Below the pieces are notes generated by a model. That model did not search any database. It saw only the letters and a program-made list of their open reading frames with translations, and was not told the DNA's origin. DNA of 63,965 bases, the filler included, from Vicugna vicugna (Eukaryota): assembly GCA_013265495.1 (NCBI GenBank). It is 74 parts of 74 records of this genome, joined end to end, with 100 filler letters (N's around TTAATTAATTAA, not from the genome) between each part and the next. Parts side by side here need not be neighbours in the genome. Positions count along the whole stretch, not along the records: positions 11,281 to 12,200 come from PNXW01025556.1; positions 12,301 to 13,523 come from MU062681.1; positions 13,624 to 14,541 come from MU062682.1; positions 14,642 to 15,442 come from PNXW01025564.1; positions 15,543 to 16,630 come from MU062684.1; positions 16,731 to 17,889 come from MU062685.1; positions 17,990 to 18,820 come from PNXW01025571.1; positions 18,921 to 19,412 come from PNXW01025572.1; 66 more parts are not named here. One strand, written 5' to 3'. A program made the position numbers and the translations under genes. Position 1 is the first letter of the stretch, and each line of letters opens with the position of its first letter. Below are positions 11,281-22,760 of this stretch, one piece after another.

Positions 11281-12110
11281 TCTGTGCTCAACCGATATTC
11301 CAGATCAGCAAATTCATCCTGAATTTCAATCCAGTGTTGTGCCATGAGGTCACTCAAGGAACCAGGCAGAAACCATCAGCCAGAAGATATTGGAACAATG
11401 TCAAAGGCAGGTATGAGATGTGGAAGGGGTGACCCTGTGCACCTTGCTGCAATGAGGCAGGATGCTCTTGCGGGCTTTCTGCATAGGGTGGCTGGCTCAC
11501 ATGACTCCGTTTAGAAGGATATCAGCCAACAGCTTTGCCACACGGGCTACAGCCCGAGCTGAGTCACATCTAGTAACAGATCTGAGTTCATCCTTAGACG
11601 ACATGACCAGAAGGATCTGAGAATCAATGGTGGAGACGTACCTGAATGAATATTCCATTTCATTCCTTGGCAGTAAATCTTCAGCTTTGTACAACATAAA
11701 TAATGACAAAGATTCACACTGGCACCTTATTTGAAAGACTGACTGTATAATTGCCTCCAATGGAGAAAAGCGGGCTCGGTTTCGGTATGCTAGGTCATTG
11801 TTTGGATCGGTAACCGATGCTTCTGAGACCCAAAACATGCTCTAGTATAACCGACAGTTCCAAAACATCCACTGATGACTTGCTCATTTCAAGGTATTCA
11901 TAAAATAACCCCAGTTTGCCCATGGGATACAGATGGTTGTCCCGTTTCCATCATGGGGTGGTCTGTTCAGCTCCCGAAACTATGGCACCATTAGATTCAT
12001 GACCCAGCTGCCAAACAGATCAAATTATAAGGCAGGATATTATCAGACCAAGGTCATAAAATATTACTGACATTTCAAGCTGTACACATCATCTTCCCAT
12101 GAATTTAACT
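11281..12110 (-). pseudogene. Degraded coding-like sequence, tentative endogenous bornavirus-like L (EBLL) fragment
   Basis: Non-repetitive, relatively CpG-rich, 113-aa ORF at 11497-11838. Ordered weak matches to my recollection of the Borna disease virus L C-terminal region; by-eye only. Confidence 0.3.
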
Positions 12111-12402
12111 TCTTGTTTTTAGGATAAATATATTTTTATTGCTCCCTCCCTACCTCCAAATATTGTGAAAACTAGTCCTGACTACGTACCTGGGTTTACA
12201 NNNNNNNNNNNNNNNNNNNNNNNNNNNNNNNNNNNNNNNNNNNNTTAATTAATTAANNNNNNNNNNNNNNNNNNNNNNNNNNNNNNNNNNNNNNNNNNNN
12301 GTTTAAGATGAGTCTTACAGGATTGTTGCTATTGACAGGTAAGGATGGGCAATCAAGGTCAGAGAAGAGCAGAAGCAGAGACGTGGAGGCAGAAGTGGAT
12401 TT

Positions 12403-12529
12403 GGGGGGAGGGGGGTTGTATAGCGCAAGCGGTAGAGAGCATGCTCAACATACACAATGTCCTGGGTCCAATCCCCAGTACTTCTCCTAAGCAGAAATAA
12501 ATGAATAAATCTAATCCTTAAAAAAAAAA
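12403..12529 (+). mobile_element. Camelid tRNA-derived SINE (Vic-1 type)
   Basis: GGGGAG..TATAGCGCAAGCGGTAGAG (A box), GGGTCCAATCCCCAGTAC (B box), AAATAAAT tail and poly(A). Confidence 0.8.
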
Positions 12530-13296
12530 GGAATTTGCAAACTAAATCCAATTGAGTTGAAATGTAGAATATACATGACAATGGGCAATGAGACTAGGAA
12601 GGTGAGAAGGAAGCATGTATAAGAATTTGGGGAGCTAGTTAAAGTTTTTTAGCATTTAGGGATGTTCCAAGACTCAGTTTAATCAGAAAAATTTTTGCTC
12701 ATTTTCTATGAGGGAAATAAAAGNNNNNNNNNNNNNNNNNNNNNNNNNNNNNNNNNNNNNNNNNNNNNNNNNNNNNNNNNNNNNNNNNNNNNNNNNNNNN
12801 NNNNNNNNNNNNNNNNNNNNNNNNNNNNNNNNNNNNNNNNNNNNNNNNNNNNNNNNNNNNNNNNNNNNNNNNNNNNNNNNNNNNNNNNNNNNNNNNNNNN
12901 NNNNNNNNNNNNNNNNNNNNNNNNNNNNNNNNNNNNNNNNNNNNNNNNNNNNNNNNNNNNNNNNNNNNNNNNNNNNNNNNNNNNNNNNNNNNNNNNNNNN
13001 NNNNNNNNNNNNNNNNNNNNNNNNNNNNNNNNNNNNNNNNNNNNNNNNNNNNNNNNNNNNNNNNNNNNNNNNNNNNNNNNNNNNNNNNNNNNNNNNNNNN
13101 NNNNNNNNNNNNNNNNNNNNNNNNNNNNNNNNNNNNNNNNNNNNNNNNNNNNNNNNNNNNNNNNNNNTGTGGCAAGTGTTAGGAGTTAGGATGCCTGTTT
13201 CAGGTTAATGGAATAATTACTGTTCCCTTATCATTGTTTTCTCATAGAAGTCTAATTTAGTTCATATTGACAGTATTTCCTCTTTTTTTGTTTTAG

Positions 13297-13478
13297 ATTG
13301 TACTTTTAAAGTGTGGAGGCTGGTGACTGGGCAGGAGATAATGTCACTGGGGGGGTCATCCCAACAATGTCGTATCTGTAAAATACTATAATTATACAAG
13401 TTTGGCCTTCACAGCGTCGGCATCTTATATTAAGTTGTGGGATATCAGAGACTCGGCAAAGTGCATTCAAATGCTAAC
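13297..13478 (+). pseudogene. KIF21A: KIF21A-like WD40-region exon, diverged and frameshifted
   Basis: Bounded by ttttag| and |gtaagt. Reads [61 protein letters not shown] versus KIF21[62 protein letters not shown]; one extra G in the run at ~13349-13355. Confidence 0.85.
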
Positions 13479-13623
13479 GTAAGTAACTTAAAGAGAAGCA
13501 GCATAAGGGGCAAATAGCCCTTGNNNNNNNNNNNNNNNNNNNNNNNNNNNNNNNNNNNNNNNNNNNNTTAATTAATTAANNNNNNNNNNNNNNNNNNNNN
13601 NNNNNNNNNNNNNNNNNNNNNNN

Positions 13624-14062
13624 AAAGACAGTCCAAATCGGACTAGATAATGCACAGGAACAAATAAATGATTTAGAAAACAGGATAACTGCAATCACTC
13701 AGTCAGAACACGACATAGAAAAGCAAGTGAAAACCAATGCAAGCAATGCAACTGAAACCTGGGATAAGAGAAAACATACCAGTGTATGACTCATAGGGAT
13801 CCCACATGGAAAAGAATAAAGACAAATGGTTTGAAAAGGTATTTGAAGAAATCAGACTGAAATTTTCTTAAACCAAATATAGAACCGGCTATCTCAACAT
13901 AGCAAGCACAGAGCGTCCAAGCATTATGAACCCCAGTAGGCCTAGAACAATATGTATTCTAATTTAAATGGCCAAAATTGATAATAAGGAAATGATTCTA
14001 AATGCACCAAAATAGAAACAAGTGCATTGCAAGAGAACTTTTTAATGTCTTCAGCTGATTTC
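13624..14062 (+). mobile_element. LINE-1 ORF1 fragment, degraded
   Basis: LDNAQEQINDLENRITAITQSE coiled coil followed by LIGIP and FEKVFEEI motifs. Confidence 0.8.
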
Positions 14063-14309
14063 NNNNNNNNNNNNNNNNNNNNNNNNNNNNNNNNNNNNNN
14101 NNNNNNNNNNNNNNNNNNNNNNNNNNNNNNNNNNNNNNNNNNNNNNNNNNNNNNNNNNNNNNNNNNNNNNNNNNNNNNNNNNNNNNNNNNNNNNNNNNNN
14201 NNNNNNNNNNNNNNNNNNNNNNNNNNNNNNNNNNNNNNNNNNNNNNNNNNNNNNNNNNNNNNNNNNNNNNNNNNNNNNNNNNNNNNNNNNNNNNNNNNNN
14301 NNNNNNNNN

Positions 14310-14541
14310 CACTCAGCCACCATACTCTCAGTCTGCTACTGCAGGAGAATTAGAGCCAGGTCCAATTTTACCAATACTGTAAGGAGAACCTGAGCCTGCT
14401 ACTGCAGGATACACAGCACTGTGTCCCATTTCACCAATCTTTCAAGGAGACCCTAAGCCTACTCCTGCAGGAGACTCAGAGCTGAATCACATTCCTCCAG
14501 CTGTGTAGGAAGACCATCATGCCTTCACTTGCAATGGATCC
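14310..14541 (+). repeat. Diverged 63-bp minisatellite
   Basis: CTGCAGGA at 14339, 14402 and 14465. Confidence 0.75.
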
Positions 14542-14641
14542 NNNNNNNNNNNNNNNNNNNNNNNNNNNNNNNNNNNNNNNNNNNNTTAATTAATTAANNN
14601 NNNNNNNNNNNNNNNNNNNNNNNNNNNNNNNNNNNNNNNNN

Positions 14642-15442
14642 TTCTTTTCTTGATTAGTTTACATAGAACATTAGATTATTTACTTGAAATTGTTCTAATT
14701 TGAGGAGGGCCTTGTCACTATGAACTTCCCTCTAAAGTCTGCTTTAACTGTATTCCTTAGACTTTGTGTAGTGTTTTGTCGTATTTCTTAAGATATATTA
14801 TAATTTCTTCTTTTACTTGATCACCCCCCCACTTGTTTTAGTACCATGTTTTTTAATCTGGATGCTGACATTTTTCTCCCTGTTTTTCTGTGATTGATTT
14901 CTTGTTTCATGGTATTATACACAGAAAAGATGCTTGAAATAACTTTTATCTTCTTAAATTTGTTGAGGCTTCTTCAGTGCCTGAGTTCATAATCTTTCCT
15001 AGAAAATGTACCATATGCACTGGAAAAGAATGTATATTCTGTTTTGGGTAGAAGTACTGCTTTGAATGAATCAACTAACTCCAATTATTTAATCATGTCT
15101 ATTAGTATCTTTATTCCCTTATTAATTTTCTGTGTGAAAGACCAGTCCAGTGATGGTAATGTGGTGTTATAGTCTCCTACTGTGATTGTGTTCCCAGTGA
15201 TTTCTCTCTTATTATCTATTAGTATTTCCTTTATGTATTTAGGTGCTCCTATATTGAGTGCATATATCTTAATGAGTATAATACCCTCATTTAGTATTGC
15301 TCCTTTAATCATTATATCATGTCCTTGTTTATCTTTGTCTATGTCCTTTCTTGTAAAGTCTCTTTTGTGTGAAGTCAATACTAGTCCTGCTTTCTTGTTA
15401 CGTGCATTTGCATGGAATATATTCTTCCGTCTTCTGACTTTC
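14642..15442 (-). mobile_element. LINE-1 ORF2 endonuclease fragment
   Basis: DKQGHDIMIKG..IYALNIGAPKYIKEIL..TITVGDYNTTL matches the L1 APE endonuclease. Confidence 0.93.
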
Positions 15443-16123
15443 NNNNNNNNNNNNNNNNNNNNNNNNNNNNNNNNNNNNNNNNNNNNTTAATTAATTAANN
15501 NNNNNNNNNNNNNNNNNNNNNNNNNNNNNNNNNNNNNNNNNNGTGAAATGGAAAATATTCAATATTAAGATAATATTTGATATTGTTATTTTAAGTATGT
15601 TTAATTAATATAGACATCTTTAAAGTCATCAATATTAAGTATAATACCTTTCCTGTACCTAGGTTTAATGAAAGTCAAATAAAATCCTGTTATATCTGTT
15701 GCAGATTTGTCAAAAAAAAAACCAATATTAATGTTTTTAAAATTTTANNNNNNNNNNNNNNNNNNNNNNNNNNNNNNNNNNNNNNNNNNNNNNNNNNNNN
15801 NNNNNNNNNNNNNNNNNNNNNNNNNNNNNNNNNNNNNNNNNNNNNNNNNNNNNNNNNNNNNNNNNNNNNNNNNNNNNNNNNNNNNNNNNNNNNNNNNNNN
15901 NNNNNNNNNNNNNNNNNNNNNNNNNNNNNNNNNNNNNNNNNNNNNNNNNNNNNNNNNNNNNNNNNNNNNNNNNNNNNNNNNNNNNNNNNNNNNNNNNNNN
16001 NNNNNNNNNNNNNNNNNNNNNNNNNNNNNNNNNNNNNNNNNNNNNNNNNNNNNNNNNNNNNNNNNNNNNNNNNNNNNNNNNNNNNNNNNNNNNNNNNNNN
16101 NNNNNNNNNNNNNNNNNNNNNNG

Positions 16124-16630
16124 GAATCATATTTTGTTAATGAAAAATAGTGACTTTCTCTGGAAGCTGGTTACTTCTGAATGGAAGAGAAAATAAGGGA
16201 TACACTAATATGAGTATAGAAAGCTATGGAAGGTTTGTGGAAGAGGAAACCAGAGGAAAAAGTTTTGTACGTGGTCAGAATTGGCTAAGTTTTGAATCAA
16301 ATTGGGCAACGTAAATGAATCTTAGAAGTAAGCTGGTACAAGATTAGATTTGGTTTTCTCTCTTTTAAGAGGAAAAAATTTTCTTAAAATGTTAATCAAC
16401 CATCAGTAACAGATTGTAAAACTTCTTATACCACTTAGCTGATCTGCTCTGACTTTACCTTTGACGTATTTTCTTGTTAATGAATTACTACTGCTTTACA
16501 GTGATCTATATGTTTATCTGACCAAGTGTTCTGAAATCTTTTAACAAGACCCCAAATATGAAATTCTAATTAAAATTCTTTTAAACTCCATTTAAGTTTG
16601 GGATGCTACAGAGGGCCCCTGAAACACCCC
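16124..16630 (+). mobile_element. Probable ERV1 internal non-coding fragment
   Basis: AT-rich sequence ending TTTGGGATGCTACAGAGGGCCCCTGAAAC resembles ERV1-type internal regions; recognition only. Confidence 0.4.
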
Positions 16631-16730
16631 NNNNNNNNNNNNNNNNNNNNNNNNNNNNNNNNNNNNNNNNNNNNTTAATTAATTAANNNNNNNNNNNNNN
16701 NNNNNNNNNNNNNNNNNNNNNNNNNNNNNN

Positions 16731-17889
16731 GTGCCAGGGAATGCTACGGGGGTTTGCAGGATATGCCAGTGACAGGGGCTGCCTCTCCAAGTTCAGGGAA
16801 GTTATTTCTAGGACTTCCCCGAACAGGGAACACCTGTGACTGAAGAGAGCTGCGTGGAGTTGTCTCTCGATCTCCTGCACGCAATGACAATCGTTCCGGA
16901 ATCCTGAGCATGGGGAGGTTCCACCAAAGTTCGGCATCGCGTGGGTTCTAACGGAAANNNNNNNNNNNNNNNNNNNNNNNNNNNNNNNNNNNNNNNNNNN
17001 NNNNNNNNNNNNNNNNNNNNNNNNNNNNNNNNNNNNNNNNNNNNNNNNNNNNNNNNNNNNNNNNNNNNNNNNNNNNNNNNNNNNNNNNNNNNNNNNNNNN
17101 NNNNNNNNNNNNNNNNNNNNNNNNNNNNNNNNNNNNNNNNNNNNNNNNNNNNNNNNNNNNNNNNNNNNNNNNNNNNNNNNNNNNNNNNNNNNNNNNNNNN
17201 NNNNNNNNNNNNNNNNNNNNNNNNNNNNNNNNNNNNNNNNNNNNNNNNNNNNNNNNNNNNNNNNNNNNNNNNNNNNNNNNNNNNNNNNNNNNNNNNNNNN
17301 NNNNNNNNNNNNNNNNNNNNNNNNNNNNNNNNNNNNNNNNNNNNNNNNNNNNNNNNNNNNNNNNNNNNNNNNNNNNNNNNNNNNNNNNNNNNNNNNNNNN
17401 NNNNNNNNNNNNNNNNNNNNNNNNNNNNNNNNNNNNNNNNNNNNNNNNNNNNNNNNNNNNNNNNNNNNNNNNNNNNNNNNNNNNNNNNNNNNNNNNNNNN
17501 NNNNNNNNNNNNNNNNNNNNNNNNNNNNNNNNNNNNNNNNNNNNNNNNNNNNNNNNNNNNNNNNNNNNNNNNNNNNNNNNNNNNNNNNNNNNNNNNNNNN
17601 NNNNNNNNNNNNNNNNNNNNNNNNNNNNNTGCGTGGAGTTTTCTCTCGAACTCCCCCACGCACTGACAATGTTTCCAGAATCCTGAGCGTGGGGAGGTTC
17701 CACCAACGGTCGGCAGCGCGTGGGTTCTAACGGAATGCCTAAGCTCGTCTCTCCTGAGGGTTTTCCTAATGTCTCGTTTCAGGGAATGGTAGGGGGTTTT
17801 GCAGGATATCCCAGGGACAGAGGCTGCCTCCCCTTGTTCAGGTTGGGTATTTCTCGGAATTCCCCGAACAGGGAACACCTGTGACTGAA
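16731..17889 (+). repeat. Satellite A (gapped)
   Basis: 267-bp monomer motifs on both sides of the gap. Confidence 0.95.
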
Positions 17890-17989
17890 NNNNNNNNNNN
17901 NNNNNNNNNNNNNNNNNNNNNNNNNNNNNNNNNTTAATTAATTAANNNNNNNNNNNNNNNNNNNNNNNNNNNNNNNNNNNNNNNNNNNN

Positions 17990-18820
17990 TCCTCCAACTG
18001 TCAGCAGTGCTTGTGTTCTTGAATCCCTTAACTTTCCTTCCCTGAAGGTTTGCCTATGCTGGAGTGCAGTGGAATGTGGGGTTTCGTCTCTAATACCAAG
18101 TATTAGCCAATGAATCTACATGGGAAGTTGAGAAAATTTAACTACACCCAGCAACGTAGGAATACATGTGCCACCTGACACATGCCTGGATTCTGATTCC
18201 CCACCAACAGCACACAAATGAGGACGGGTTCTTCTATCCTCAATGTGGGGAATTTCCTCCAAATGACAACAGCACTTGGGGTCTAAGAGAATCCTTTAGC
18301 TTGACTTCCTTGAGTGTTTACCTAGGCCGGGCTGTAAGCGAATGTGGGGGTTGGGCCCTAAAGACAAGGATAAGCGAGTGCCCCTCTATGGGCAGTGGAG
18401 GTGCTTAAACCAAATCCCCAAATTTGGAACACCTGTGCCCCCATAAAAATGCGTGGAATAAGTTTCCCACCTCCAGAACACACACGAAGACTTTCAGATA
18501 TCCTTAGTGTGGCGCCTCCTCAAAATGACAGCAGCGTCTGGTTTCTAAATGAATTCCTTAGCTTGTAATACGAGTGTTTCCCTGGTCCGGGATGTAGTGA
18601 GGGAAAGAGTTGGGCTTGGAGTCCAAGTCGCAGTGAGTGCCCCCTGATCTATTGAGAAAGTACTTAGAGGACTTCTCCCTAAAGGGAACACTTTTGCCCC
18701 CATTCATCTGGGTGGAGTGGGGCTGCACAATTCCCCCACAAACAAGAATGTATTCCGGAATCCTGAGTGCAGAGAATTTCCTCCAACTGACAGCATCGCC
18801 TGGGTTCTAACTGAATCCCT
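17990..18820 (+). repeat. Satellite B
   Basis: Core C(C/A)AA(C/A)TG(A/T)CA at ~17994, 18259, 18521 and 18783 (period ~262-265). Confidence 0.88.
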
Positions 18821-19265
18821 NNNNNNNNNNNNNNNNNNNNNNNNNNNNNNNNNNNNNNNNNNNNTTAATTAATTAANNNNNNNNNNNNNNNNNNNNNNNN
18901 NNNNNNNNNNNNNNNNNNNNTTTGAGGGTCTCAGTAACCAAAACGTACTTGAAATAGAAGAACAATGTGAGAGGACTTGTAATTCTCAATTTCAAACCTT
19001 CCAGCTGTATCTCCAAGTGAGATTAGAGGCCATTTTTAACTTATTATTTTGTTTATCTTTATTTTCTAAATTCTGTACAATGAATATACCTGTTAGAATA
19101 AGAAAAATAAAAAGTTAGGTATCTTTTAAAACTTGCACACCGATTCATTTATTGGGAAAAAAATATTTTAACTCTAAAGAAGTCAACAAATATCTAGTGA
19201 AAAAGGACTACTTAAAAACAAGTGTGCATTTACAATTTTACACTTACAATTAAATTGAAAACTGA

Positions 19266-19412
19266 AAAGCACAAACACATCAAGTTTCTTGGGAGACTCG
19301 TGAAACATATTAATAATTATTTTCAAAAATTCAAATTGAAAAATGAAAACTCAAGAAAGGGAAATTGGTGATTGATAGGCAACTGCGAACACGTGGAGAG
19401 CAAAGGCCTTGA
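19266..19412 (+). repeat. Low-copy duplicated segment G, second copy
   Basis: Matches 5657-5803. Confidence 0.8.
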
Positions 19413-19512
19413 NNNNNNNNNNNNNNNNNNNNNNNNNNNNNNNNNNNNNNNNNNNNTTAATTAATTAANNNNNNNNNNNNNNNNNNNNNNNNNNNNNNNN
19501 NNNNNNNNNNNN

Positions 19513-20228
19513 CAAAAGTAGGCAGAAAGGGGGAAAAAATAAAGATAAATGAGCAAAAAATTTAAATAAATATTAAAAAATAGAAAAAATCAATCAGACT
19601 CTTTTTTGAAATTTTAAACAAAATTGACAAATCTCTGGACAGGATCACCAANNNNNNNNNNNNNNNNNNNNNNNNNNNNNNNNNNNNNNNNNNNNNNNNN
19701 NNNNNNNNNNNNNNNNNNNNNNNNNNNNNNNNNNNNNNNNNNNNNNNNNNNNNNNNNNNNNNNNNNNNNNNNNNNNNNNNNNNNNNNNNNNNNNNNNNNN
19801 NNNNNNNNNNNNNNNNNNNNNNNNNNNNNNNNNNNNNNNNNNNNNNNNNNNNNNNNNNNNNNNNNNNNNNNNNNNNNNNNNNNNNNNNNNNNNNNNNNNN
19901 NNNNNNNNNNNNNNNNNNNNNNNNNNNNNNNNNNNNNNNNNNNNNNNNNNNNNNTACAAAGAAACATACCAATCCTCCTTAAACTCTTCCAAAAGTTTGA
20001 TATTTAGAGAGAACTCCCAAACTCACACCATAAGGCCAACATCAACCTGATACCAAAATCAGACAAAGACACTACCCCAAATAGAAATATTTAGGCCAAT
20101 ATCATTGATAAACATAGATGTAAAAGTCCTTAAGTAATTATTAACATACAGAATGCAACATCATGCAAAAAAAAGATCATGCTCCATGGTCAAATTAGGT
20201 TCATCCCAGGAACACAAGAATGGTTGAA
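19513..20228 (+). mobile_element. LINE-1 ORF2 fragment (linker to RT start)
   Basis: IPILLKLFQK..LPNS..ANINLIPKSDKDT..RPISLINID..GFIPGTQEWL motifs. Confidence 0.92.
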
Positions 20229-20328
20229 NNNNNNNNNNNNNNNNNNNNNNNNNNNNNNNNNNNNNNNNNNNNTTAATTAATTAANNNNNNNNNNNNNNNN
20301 NNNNNNNNNNNNNNNNNNNNNNNNNNNN

Positions 20329-21130
20329 CTTCAGGCCACGCGGTGCAGACATGGAGCTAATCCACAAGCTCCTTGGGGACAGCCTCCCTATGCCCGCAGC
20401 CATCACCTTACCAGCCCCCTGACCGCACCGCACCCATCTCCCAGGAGCAAGCTCACCTGGAGTCTGACCTCAGGCAAATCTCTGGCGGCAGAGGTCGCCC
20501 CCAAGCCAGACCGCGGGGGAGAGAAGAAATAGAGCAGCTCCCCTCCCNNNNNNNNNNNNNNNNNNNNNNNNNNNNNNNNNNNNNNNNNNNNNNNNNNNNC
20601 GGCGTCCCGAGGGCAGCAGAAGCCGCCCCTGGCTCCGCCGCCGGGGAGAGCGGAGCGAACTGACCGGCTCCCCAGCGGCAGCCCCCCTCCCCCCGTGGGC
20701 CCCGCGCCTTAACGGCGCCGCCCCCATTCCCCACTCAGCAAGCTGAGTGGGACAGGCGTGTCCGGCGCCCTGGGGAAGCAGAGGCCGCTCCCAGGCCCAG
20801 CAGCCGGACAAGGCAGCTATTTCACCCGTTCGCCATGGGCAGCCTCGCTCCGCCCCTCTGCCGCTGCCGCCGCCCGCTGACCTAACCGCCCCACCTCCCA
20901 GGAGCAAGCTTACCTGGAGTCCAACATCTGGCGAATCTCCGCCGGCCAAGCCCCACCCCAGGCCAGGCTGCAGGGAAGAGAAGAAATCGACCGGCTTGCC
21001 CATAGCCTCCAGAGGCTGACTGCCAGGATGTGCACTTGCCTTCTGATCCTACCCAAGTGCCTGAGCACCTCCCTGCATTCCTACACTCCCTGCACCTCTG
21101 CACCCCTGCTACTCTCTGCAATGCAATTCT
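20329..21130 (-). promoter_or_regulatory. CpG-rich segment with two paralogous exon-like units ending in splice donors
   Basis: ~100-bp unit at 20427-20530 and 20885-20987; minus strand reads CTCCAG|GTGAGC and CTCCAG|GTAAGC. Confidence 0.45.
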
Positions 21131-21230
21131 NNNNNNNNNNNNNNNNNNNNNNNNNNNNNNNNNNNNNNNNNNNNTTAATTAATTAANNNNNNNNNNNNNN
21201 NNNNNNNNNNNNNNNNNNNNNNNNNNNNNN

Positions 21231-21656
21231 ACAGCCAATTTAAAAAGCCTATATGATCAAATAATCAGACTTAACCTGTACAGAAATAAATCGTCATTTG
21301 GCTTTATTTGAGAAAACTGAGGGTAACTTTAGAGAGAAAAATGATTATATTTTAGTGGATATTAAATTCTAGTTTTGTTAATTGAGGTCCATATTTACTA
21401 AGACACTTCCCAGATCATTCCTTGCTGTTATGTCACATTGCTGTACAGTTTATTTGAATTATGAAAAGGATACTCTAGATTTGTTTCTGAAGCTCAATTT
21501 GTTTCTGAAGCTCAGTAAACTATCCTTGGGTAAATTTCCAATGCCCCATGACCTGCAGCCAGGGGATTATAAACACTGGAACAGGCATAACTTAAAGAAC
21601 TGTCTACAAATTGAATGGAAGGGCCCTTTATCAGGGACTCTTAACTAGACCATACA
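21231..21656 (+). mobile_element. ERV1 internal fragment with integrase C-terminal remnant
   Basis: PHDLQPGDYKHWNRH..CLQIEWKGP resembles the gamma-type pol end motif (QPGD.V...H....L.P.WKGP). Confidence 0.75.
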
Positions 21657-21756
21657 NNNNNNNNNNNNNNNNNNNNNNNNNNNNNNNNNNNNNNNNNNNN
21701 TTAATTAATTAANNNNNNNNNNNNNNNNNNNNNNNNNNNNNNNNNNNNNNNNNNNN

Positions 21757-22660
21757 ATCTGTTCCATGTCTATACACTAATAATAAAATTTCAGAAAAAA
21801 TGTTAGAAAAAGAAAGTTAAAGACAGTCCTATTTAATATTGCATGGAAAGAATAAAATATCTAAAAATAAAGTGTAGTATGAAGGTAAAAGACCTATACT
21901 CTGAAAACTATAAAACACTGATGAAGAAATTTAAGATGATACAAAGAAATGGAAAGATATCCCATGTTCTTGGATTGGAAGAATCAATATTGTTAAAATG
22001 GTCCTACTACCCNNNNNNNNNNNNNNNNNNNNNNNNNNNNNNNNNNNNNNNNNNNNNNNNNNNNNNNNNNTTTCACAGATTAAAATTTCTATAGAACCAC
22101 ACAAGACCCTGAATTGCAAAGCTATCTTAAGAAACAAGGAAAATTGGAAGTACAACCTCCCCAGACTTCAGACTGTATGACAAAGTTACTATAATCAAAA
22201 CAGCATGGTACTGGCACAAAAACAGATACACAGATCAATGAACAGAATAGAGTTCCGAAATAAATTCATGCACCTATGGTCAATTAGTAAAAGACAAAGT
22301 AGGCAAGAATATATAATGTTGAAATGACAGTCTCTTGAACAAGTGGTGCTGGGAGAACTGGACAGGTATGTGTAAAGCAGTGAAATTAGAACATTCCTTC
22401 ACACCGTAAACAAAAAGAAATGCAAAATGGTTTGAAGACCTAAATGTAACTCTGAAAACCATAGAACTCTTAGAAGAGAATGTAGCCAGAACACTCACTG
22501 ATGTAAACTGTAGCAGTATTTTTCTGGATCTGTCTCCTAAGGAAAATGAAATAAAAGCAAAAATAAACAAATGGGGCTAAATTTAACTTAAATGCTTTTC
22601 CACAGCAAAGGAAGCCATCAACAAAATGAAAGACAACTTACGGAATGGGAGAAAAAAACT
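21757..22660 (+). mobile_element. LINE-1 ORF2 C-terminal fragment
   Basis: [36 protein letters not shown] motifs. Confidence 0.93.
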
Positions 22661-22760
22661 NNNNNNNNNNNNNNNNNNNNNNNNNNNNNNNNNNNNNNNN
22701 NNNNTTAATTAATTAANNNNNNNNNNNNNNNNNNNNNNNNNNNNNNNNNNNNNNNNNNNN

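Noticed and set aside
11940..11990. Bornavirus N similarity (LNRPPH and GAEQ)
   Set aside because: Both motifs come from the same nucleotides in different frames and are not collinear with N; chance match.
12403..12480. tRNA-Ala gene
   Set aside because: Degenerate stems plus AT-rich tail and poly(A) identify a SINE.
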